Positions 53,987 through 64,000 of a stretch of DNA of 64,000 bases are shown piece after piece; position 1 is the stretch's first letter, and each line of letters starts with the position of its first letter. The stretch spans positions 62,001 through 126,000 of the forward strand of contig NOWV01000023.1 in the NCBI GenBank assembly GCA_003344405.1. Direction: 5' to 3'. The stretch is from Trichoplax sp. H2. Taxonomy: Eukaryota. The position numbers and the translations under genes were made by a program. Below the pieces are notes generated by a model. The model had not been told where the DNA came from and did no database searches. It saw only the letters and a list, made by a program, of their open reading frames with translations.

Positions 53987-56900
53987 ATGGAGAAAAACAA
54001 TTTACCCTCATCGCCAGTGCGTATAATACCAATGCCAACATTTTATGATAACAGTCAAAGTCTAAGAAAAAAATCGCGTCAAAGTTATCAACTGCCTCCT
54101 CCCAAGCCTCCAGCAAAGACTGTTCCGCCCATTAGTCGAGTATTTCGACATCGACAGACCGATTTAAGAGCTCATTCTGTTAGCTTCAAAGGGCAAAGTT
54201 ATGAGAATAGTATCCTTTATACCGGTATTCAATGTTGGTATTTCGAACTGAGGAATGCAACCGCAACAGTAGAGCATAAAATTAGATGGATTAAAATCCA
54301 TGGACTGTAAAATGATAATGTCTATTTCTCTAGTGTCAACTTTCAAGATTAACATAGTCGAAATACGAGATTAGAATAATTTGCAAGACCGAATCATGAA
54401 CAATACCTAGTATTGACCGATAGACTACAATGGAAAATAAGTTCAGGGACGTGATAGTATCTCTACTACCTATTGGATCTATCGATTTACAGTATTGATC
54501 AATCTGCAACTAGATACAATGTACAGACTATCGAGATCGAAACCTACTTGGCTGTCTTGAAACATTTTATTCTTTAAAATATTGATAGTTTGGTTTAGCA
54601 GATCAGATTACCATTATTCGATATTAGTATACTATACCGTATTTGTATAGTAATTATTACAAGTAGACCTTCCTCATTTATTCCTTAAAATATTGATAGT
54701 TTGGTATAGCAGATCATATTACCATTCTTCGATGTTAGTCTACCGTATTTGTATAGTAATTATTACAAGTAGACCTTCCGCATTATTGTACACGTATCTT
54801 ATCGGAACTACTTATTATTGTATATGATATTTTATGATCCTTGACTATTTGCTTACAGCTTCTGCAGTTGTCAATAGTCCAATATATAACAAGAACACCA
54901 ATAGGTCCTATTTCGAACAGGTATGGCGAAGGTGTTTATCAACTGTATGGACAAGTTATTAGCACCCTGTGCATGGGTTGCATTTAGAATTTTATCTATA
55001 TTAGGACATTACTGTTCTATCTAGTTGAGGCATAATTGAAACGATCAGAATATTAATCTCATTTTTGAGGATTTTAAACGCTTATTGGATAGTAGCCCTC
55101 AGTGAATATTATAGACAATGCATTCTTGTAGAATATCAATAATTTTACTTCATTCTATTAATTGAAAGAAAAACTGTAATTGTTTAAAGACGAGAAATTC
55201 TAAAATACTGTACAAGTAAAGTCGAAGGATTATGCTGTACGATACCTTTTTTGCTATAAATGGATAGTGCATTTTATTTTTCTTGCTGTACTGGTATACT
55301 TTTGTTTCTGTTTTAACGGTTTTAGAAAGAGCTATCGGAATAACGTAAAGTAATTGCTTCTCTACACAAGTGTGTATTAGTCATTAGAAATGATTGTTGG
55401 TTATAATTATCCGTTGTTGTTCATTAGTACAGTGCCGTCGTTTCGCAATGATTTCATCCCATGTCACAATCATTGTGAAAAATGAAACAAAATCGTAGAT
55501 ACCAATAATTTATTTGAAGTAATTTATTCCGTATTCTAGAAAAATCGTACAATTACAACTACATGATATTCTTATTTAGATAGATCGAAAAGTTAGATTC
55601 CGATTCGTAATGAGACCGCTACTTTATTTAATTGGAAATTGTCCAACATTGAAATAAATACACGTAATACTAATCTAACCATGAAAATCAGGCATTCAGT
55701 CTAGTTATATAGTACAGGATCGTCATAAAGAATAATCATGGCATTCATTTTTGGTAGTCTATTTAACAATAGACTAATTGTGGCTTAAACCAATATTCTC
55801 AATATTTCATAAATGATCCTAACTGCATAATTAATTTTCAACGTAATTATCGATGGTCTACTGCATCTCTCTGAAGTTATTTCTTATCTTTACCTTGATT
55901 AGTGTTTTGATATCGAAAAGCAATTAGGATCTGGCTCCTTTGGAGAGGTACGCCACGTTGTTGGTATAAATGCAGTATTTACTTATTATGGCACAATAAT
56001 GCTCTGTGTTAATGCTGTAAAATATTGATGTAAAGTAGTAATGCGGAAACCTGGAGCTAATTTAAATTTTGTAATACATATCTTATCACCTAACACTGAT
56101 AATGTGTATCGTATTTTTCATGAGTAGGTCTTCCAAGTTAAAAATAAAGAAGATGGTCAATCTTATGCCGTAAAGGTATCTCGCGAAAAATTTCGTAACA
56201 ATGCAGACAGGCAAGTAATACTTACAATGCAGCAAAAATAAGTAATTGGTCAAAACTAAGATTATATATTGATTCTGCAATTATGACTTACGAATTAATC
56301 GTATTATAAATTTTAATCGTGACGTTCATTTCCTATCCCTCAATCATTCATTAGACGTCGGAAGTTGGCTGAGGTCGAAAGACACGAAAAATTACCAGCT
56401 CACCCTAATGTAGTCAGGTTTATTCGTGCATGGGAAGAAAAGTAATTAACTTATTGTGATTGTATTGCGGATTTCTTCATAATTATATAATTTAATATTA
56501 ATGCAATTTTTGTTGTCTTAATTTTTTTAGGTTAAAGCTATATATTCAAACAGAACTCTGCGCAATGAGGTTAGTCCTGTTTGATGCATCATAGAAATTG
56601 CTATCATCCTCGAACATGCGTGAATAACAGTATATTTTTTCGATGTATTTAGTTTAAAAGATTACGCAGATCAGCATCCTAATATCAATGAAGATACTAT
56701 ATGGTCGTTTCTTCTTGATTTAGCCCTGGTAAATGACGCCATTAAATCTCGTTCTCTAGATTTCGCTTTAGTTTTTTTGTACTTAAAAATAATTTCATGT
56801 ACATGATTCGTAACATTATTAAATTTATCTAACATTAGGGATTAAAACACCTACACGATTTTGGCTCTGTACATATGGATATAAAGCCTGCCAATATATT

Positions 56901-59227
56901 TGTATCTAAGGATCTAGTTTGTAAATTAGGAGACTTTGGACTGGTTCTCAGTCTTACCGATGTAATGCTATCTTATTTGGTCTCCTTTTTCTTGTAATAA
57001 ATACCCAATAGCACACACTAAAGTATACAATTTGACAATTATTTTTTTACAGATGAATGAATCAGATTGCCAGGAAGGCGATTCAAAATATCTTGCGCCA
57101 GAGGTTTTACAGGGAAGTTTTGGAAAACCAGCCGATATATTTAGTGTAGGAATTACCACGTTCGAGTTAGCGTGTGATGTTGAATTGCCATCAAGGGGCG
57201 AAGGGTGGCACCAATTAAGAAGTGGAGAATTGCCTGAAGAATTTACTAAAGGTATATTCTCACAATTTAAAAGTGGTCACTTTGATCATATTTATTTTTT
57301 AAATCTTTGTTTTTGTTTGCCATTATGATACTTAGACATTTCTTCCGGGCTAAAGTTGTTGATCATGTCTATGATCGATCCTATACCTGACAAAAGGTAT
57401 TAAAATATTTATTATATTTACTCCATTATCTTTTGTACTAACGATTATGTGGATTCTAATTTTCAATATTGCAGAATCACCGTTGATCAGCTGCTAGCTC
57501 ATGAATATCTGAAACAGCTAAGGAATGAGCGTTTGCACAACCAAAATTCTCATGGGCATAGACTAGTACGTAATATTAGTTAACTAATATGTGCTATCTT
57601 TAAAGTATTTTTTAAGTACTTCCAAGTAATGTTATTGGAAGATAGTTTATTATACGGAACTCATTATGCTTTTATGTATTCCCTTTTAGGAGTTACGTCT
57701 TGAAGGAGGTAAGAATTCCGTGAAAACCTGCTAGAATGTATAACCAGTTCTTAAAAATTAAGAAAGTACCATACATTTGTTATTGTTATTAAAGTAAAAG
57801 CCATGGATGAAATTGATGATAAGCCAATCAGTAGCACACCACAAACTGAAAAACCGAACAGCATTGGCAATTCGTATCTATACGATAAAGATATATCAGA
57901 CGGTAATAACGTAAAAATAAAATAAATTGGTATGGAGTGCAAGCTTTGCTGTGATTCTAAATACGGCTATAAGATAACTATTTTATGATATTATTACTTG
58001 TTTCAAATAACCTATCGACATTCACTTATTGTATAATCCTCTATTTTGCCTAGCATTTATATATCTTTAATAGTTTATAATCCTTTCGCCGTTATAGATG
58101 AATCTTTATCAGATAATTGTAAATCATTGCGGTTAAATCCTTTTACAAGTTTGAAACGATCTCTGGATGATGAGTGGGATAATGACGATATTTCATCGTC
58201 ACCAGCAAAGTTAAATTTTAACGCAAGGTTTGTTGATAATGGTATTGCAATTCTTTGTATTTTATGGTAATATATTTCGATCTCTCTGTAAGTTAATTAA
58301 AGTCTTTTGTATAAAATATTATAATAGAACTGATATTACTCCTGCAAATCTGCCCTTTCCGAATCCATCAGTGGGCGACCTAAGCTGTAGGCTAAATTTT
58401 GATCATGTACTAGAATCAGCTCCTACTCCTAATCAACGTAGCAAAGTTAAAGAAAGGTAAAAGAATGCTACGATTTGATAAATCTTACTGACCGCGGACT
58501 AGCCATTAATAAATAAGCGGCTATCCATTTTCTTATAGTAATTTTTATTCACGCAAAAGGAAGCCTGCATCCAACACTAGTGAAGCTCGTTCGGGCGAGA
58601 ATAGCTTCTACTTATTAGATTTTGTATTACGACACAGTTAGAAAGTGCTTTTATTAGTAAAGAAAATTGGAGCGAGTTTGCTTAACTGTAAAATAAGTTT
58701 ATTCCTAGTACACCTGAGCTCCTCCTAGAGCGACTGTAGTATTTTGGATTGTATTGTACTACGTAGCACATACAGTGTGACGGAAACTTTGAATTTTAAT
58801 TTAACGTAAATGCAGCGACGAGTGCATGCTTTTAATATGAGGTTGGCTTCTTTAAAGGTGAATTTCTGACATTACGGTACAATACTGTGTAGTATATTCT
58901 TCTACTATATTGAGCATTGTGTTGACATGAATTGATAACACTGACGTATATATACTACGAGAGATTTTCAAGTCCATTGTGCTACTTAAAATAGCTGCTA
59001 ATTAGTGTGTTTTTTTGGTGGTGCCTTAGATCATACACACCGCACTCGGTCGGTAATAAAAACCTAAAAGAAAGATTTCAGTGTGTCGTTGAACCGAAAA
59101 ACTTATTAGAGGTAAATTATTAATTGGACTAAATTTCAATTCACTATCTCAATTGATTGCGTTTATTGTATATTGCTTTGCTTACACTTAGGTATTTGAG
59201 GATGTCGCAATATCTGATCGTCGTTAA
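53987..59227 (+). CDS. PKMYT1: Myt1 (Wee1-family) Cdk1-inhibitory kinase, multi-exon
   Basis: N-terminal IPMPTFY...[17 protein letters not shown]. Kinase motifs [54 protein letters not shown] and [14 protein letters not shown]-terminal [11 protein letters not shown] resembles human EPRNLLSLFED. Confidence 0.93.
54563..54785. repeat. Two tandem ~110-bp direct repeats in PKMYT1 intron 1
   Basis: tttattc.ttaaaatattgatagtt...taccgtatttgtatagtaattattacaagtagaccttcc.catt occurs twice in succession. Confidence 0.85.
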
Positions 59228-59977
59228 TTACCACATTTCCTCACATTTTTGGGATTATTTGATTTGGAATTATTTATATTGTATCTATGTATACACACTA
59301 CACGTACATGGTGCCTTGGTAAAATACCGCACATAAGAATTTGTTGAATTAATATGAAAAGCGCTCATTTATATATATATATTATAATGGAAATAGTATG
59401 CTGTGCTTATTTTTATTCGGTACAATTATCAGAATTTTGTAATTGTAAAAATTGATTCAAAATCATGTAAATACCTAACATCACGTCTTAAATTTAGTTC
59501 AACGCACATATTTGTATGCTATTCGTCTTGATGATATATTTATAAATTTACATATCACTAGATCTTATAGCAGGTTAGATATACTAATTTACGTAGCCCA
59601 GAAAGTTTCTAAATTTCTGAAGATATCGATTTAAAATAAATAACTTGTGGTAATAGTACCTTGACGTCGTTTGTGACATTAAATGTCTCGTTCGATAACT
59701 GCAATTAATCATAATTATGACAAACTGTGTGAACGATAGAGTATAGATTAGATTTTACTATTATTACATTATTAAATAATATCCATGAAGCTACATGTTA
59801 TATGCGCAAGTACATACAGTTACCATCACTTGGTGAATAATATTACAGGGCTTTGAATAATAGCTGAGGATTGATATTATTAAATGCATTTACATTAATT
59901 TAAGATAAAGCTCGTAACACCTAGTAACTCCAAATTTCATGAATGGAACAAAACCGAGACTTAACAATCAGCAATTT

Positions 59978-62900
59978 TTAGGGATGGATTTTTGCTTTTC
60001 TAACGTTGCTTCCAGTTCGCGCTTTAGAGTCAACTACGAAAGAGAGTTTGATATAGTGAGTGATATTATCTACGTTTGTAAATAGATACAGTAGATAGTA
60101 ATACAAACCAATGCAGCTTTTATTGCCCTTCTACGATCTTTAAGTACAGCTAGTTGCTCCTGCTTTTCGCTCTACAAAGGAATTATTACATCTTGAGTAA
60201 AAATAATCCATGCATATCAGATATGCAAGGTGCTCTGACATTATGATACCTTATTTATAAGTAGCACCACTTTATTTAATTCAGCTTCCTTCTTGGCTAT
60301 GGATGAAGTAACATCATCAACTCTCTGCTTAATTATATCCATTAACAGCCTTCTACTATGGGCTAACTGAAATATTTAAAATCGTTTGCATTATTACATA
60401 GCGTGAATCGCTCATTCTCGCATTTACATATCAGGTGTCATCTTCGTTTGTTTGTTACTTTGAAATAATATGAAACAATAAATTATATTCAAGCGAAATT
60501 TACTTACCTCATATTCGCAGTATGAATCTAAATAACAAAGAAAAAGATTTAATCTCCAAACAATTATATTTACGCGTATATTGAAAATGTCAGGGGCTGT
60601 AAGTAGTCGTACCTTCAAATTTCATCGAAGATGTAGTATTATTACTAATGTTGTTATCATGACTTGATTCCGGATTTACGGTACCGGGCATGGAAGCGCA
60701 GGCTCCATTGATAGGTTCTTCCGGTGAACAATTAAACGAATCTAATTGGATTGAGAATGTACTACTATTATTACTACTACTAACAGCACCATTCGGCTCA
60801 TGTTGCTTAGATTCGCACACTTTGTTGTATCGATCATTGAGTGCTTGATAACATGATGAAGGATTTGTAAAAATAAAGTCAGCTGAAGTAAGATGTCGAT
60901 ATTTTTGATATAAATCGTTCATGGTTTTAACATTCTCTGTAGGATTGCTATAATGATCTGATAAATGACACTGGCCAGTACAAATCTCTAAGCAATCTTT
61001 GGATTGGCTATAAACAAGAAGAAAATTCGGAAGACTATGTAATTTGAAGTGAAATCCATCAATTAAAGTCTTATTTGTTTGCTTAAACTGAGTATAGTAT
61101 ACACCACCACGGTTTAACATAGCAGCCTCTAATTTAAAGTGTTCCTGCTTATTGGTAACTTTATTTTCGTTGACCATTACGTTATTTCCTGCTATCAAAT
61201 AAAATGACATATAAACAATCAAATATCAAGATATAATTGACTGCACTGTATACCCAGAAAATATTTGTTGAAATTAAATCATAATACGTATATGGTAGTA
61301 CTTACTTAATTCCCATTTATTGAATAATGAGGTACTCTCACGGGGCGACGACAAAATGTCAGATGATACCGCGGAAATATAGTCTACTGTTACTTTCTCT
61401 CCACCTCGAATCGGAAGGGGAGCACGGCTATCGTAATCTTTACTACTTAATTCCATAGGAGGAAAACCATAACGAAGGCGTTGAAATTTAACTGGAATAC
61501 CAAATTCGGCTTCAATTTTATTCTGAAGCTCCACAAGAGAAGTTGATTGGTCAATAGTCATCATTACACTTTTACCACTTCCCGGAGTAGATATTCGAAT
61601 TTTCTTGTTATTTTCCTTCTTAATATCGTCACTTATATCTGGGTGATCAGCTTTAGGACGTGGCAGATAGCCGGCCTCTTTCCCAGGCTAACATATGTAT
61701 AGTGTACAAAAAATGTTCAATCAAGATAGCATTTAAATTAATTCATTATTCCAAAATCATTTAACTGATAGAATTATCGACTATGCTAGATTCAAATGAC
61801 AAAGCTACCTGTAACTTCTTCGTTGAGACTTTTGTATTTACTTTCGTTACCGAGGTAGTTGCTAATAATGGTTGCTCATAGGGCGTAGATGGATATTTTT
61901 GCTGAGCATTAATGACTCTTTGATCGCACGACCTATCTGACATTGAATTAAAATGTCTCATATCATTACGCCCATTGTCTTTTAAATTCTCGAACACTTT
62001 AGCAGCAAGGCGTTGAATAAGGTAATGATTACTACAGTAATCAGGAAAATTTTTCATAATTAGCTCTTTAGCGACCTGGAACGCATTGGAATTTTTACTT
62101 GGATCTGAATCATTTTCAAACCAAGTGAATTGACTTTCTATCTTTTTTCCATGAATTTCGAAAGTTATAGGAATTCTAATGTAAATAATTACGCAATAGC
62201 TTAATTAAGTATTGCATTTATAGATTGATAATATTATTATAATTGTAATTTGTACGTCTATAGCGTAACATTTATACTAACATTTGAGGCAAATTATCGT
62301 ACTCTTTTCCATCCCAGTAATGCTTATATCCACAACATTGAGAAAAATTAGGATCAGCTGGCGTTTTAGTAGTATCACCGTTACAATATGCAATGTTGCC
62401 TTGTCCACTAAGGCTGCGCATTTTGCCAACAAGGCATAATGGACAGTAGCTAGGTTGTCTAGTTTTGATTAGATTGAGACAATTGCCAATTACATCATAG
62501 CTAAAACTGGCTCTTCGGCGGAACTGCAGTTTATAAACTTGACCAGATTTTAATTCTTCATGGCTTTGACGGATCCATTCATATATTGGTCCGCCTATAC
62601 AACGAAAGGAGCATCCATTACATTACAGTAATCAATGTTATTCATACCAATAGCAAGTTTGAAGAAAGTTTATGATAAAATTTTTAACTCATTACGTTCA
62701 TTAATTCATTACCGGATTTCAAATCTGACGTAGGAAACCGAGCATTATGCTCCACTATAGCATAACAAGATAAGCATCTTAACAAACGACCTTCTCGGAC
62801 TGCATTAGATGTTATGGTAGCAATTTCACGAGGTTGCAACCATGTACTAGTGATATCACTAATAAAAAGACGTACCAGATATTAATTCAAATCAAATACT

Positions 62901-63766
62901 GTTTCATACTAAACTTTTACAAAGTTCTACATGTAAAGTTGTAAACTAGTAGTAAAAGAAATAGAATGAATTATAGCTTACTTGGATAGCTGTCGATAAA
63001 ACTCTTCAACTAATCCCGGTATCACATCATATTTCTCAAAGTATAATTCATCCATGCATCCTACCAATTTACAAATGTATTGCTCTGGCAAAGCTCTCCC
63101 ACTACAGATAGTGCAGTAGTTATCGTCATCAAATTCGATGTAATCGTCCAGCAGATCCTGTTTAATTGCCCACACATTGGGTAACATTTGACGAGATATT
63201 TTGGCTAGGGGCCTACCATCGATACCCACTAAGGGAATGAAATGATTGCGAGCTGGATTACTCCATGCAAGCACAAGAGGTTTATGCAATCGCCCATCTT
63301 TGCCTTTACATTCGATTACGGTCGATAGAACGGGTAAAAAGATGGCAGAGTAGTCCACTGACGATTGCATGCCTTCCAAATTATCTAATAATAATATCGG
63401 TCGTTTGAGTATGTTGGCTAGACCAAAGATATGGACATTTCTTAATCCTAAACTTTCACCATTTCTAGGTACAAAGTCTGGATCAGCTTCCGCGATAATT
63501 TCCTGCCATTCGTCATCACTTATGAAATCCCGTAGTAATGATCGATATCGAGATTGGTTGCATTTTAAATGAAATCTGAGATTAACCCGTAAAGGATGCC
63601 AAAATAATTCACTGCCAACTAGAGCGCGAGAGATAGCGTGTACTAGGCAATGACCATCACCATCAACGTGAATAGGGACGATCACTTCTTGATTACATAA
63701 ATGATTTAAAACTTTGAGCGTATCTTTTAAGTATTCAATCGATCCACTACGGTCACGTCCGTAGCC
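59978..63766 (-). CDS. VCPIP1: Deubiquitinase VCPIP1/VCIP135 (OTU plus UBX-like domains), multi-exon, 5' part outside window
   Basis: YGRDRSGS, HVDGDGHCLVHAISRALVG (catalytic Cys), GLRNVHIFGLAN, AWSNPARNHFIPLVG (catalytic His) and UBX-like QRLRYGFPP. The last exon is LTLKRELEATLEKQKSIP*. Confidence 0.93.
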
Positions 63767-64000
63767 TTAACAAAACAATAATAATTAGCATATTTTATAC
63801 GCACGAAACATCCTACGTTTTATGAACCTATCCATCATATTGTCATGATTAGTATGCAACTAAAAGGAAGTATGCAATGAAATTATAATAAGTGTGTAAT
63901 AGATAGACATGTTAGGTAACTAGGCATACATAAGCTCTTTATAGTCAGTCTATCCAACTTTTGCAGTTACGATAGAAATGTTCAATATTTTCTATCACAA

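Overview
AT-rich, intron-dense eukaryotic genomic DNA with short introns and a metazoan gene set. The style suggests an early-branching animal such as the placozoan Trichoplax (inference; no search was run). Ten protein-coding genes can be rebuilt by eye from GT-AG exons: an RFX6-like transcription factor (5' end off-window), an MPPED1/2-like metallophosphoesterase, a white-type ABCG half-transporter, RP2/XRP2, two intronless convergent spermine/polyamine-oxidase paralogs, AASS, PP1 inhibitor-2 (PPP1R2), Myt1 kinase (PKMYT1) and the deubiquitinase VCPIP1 (5' end off-window). A weak candidate orphan gene lies near 22.6-23.5 kb. Two near-identical duplications flank 20-N gaps and look like two haplotypes assembled side by side. 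Comparing the copies reveals a present/absent TG...CA LTR-like insertion with a 5-bp target-site duplication (TSD). Other unexplained structure includes a family of ~45-bp palindromic mini-elements with 5-bp TSDs and dense TACTGTA/TACAGTA clusters upstream of gene starts. There are also candidate cassette exons that would rewrite the PP1-docking motif of inhibitor-2, a Myt1 kinase with no visible membrane anchor, a ~370-bp foldback and a ~130-bp tandem array. No rRNA, tRNA or CRISPR array was seen. Exon boundaries are manual predictions.
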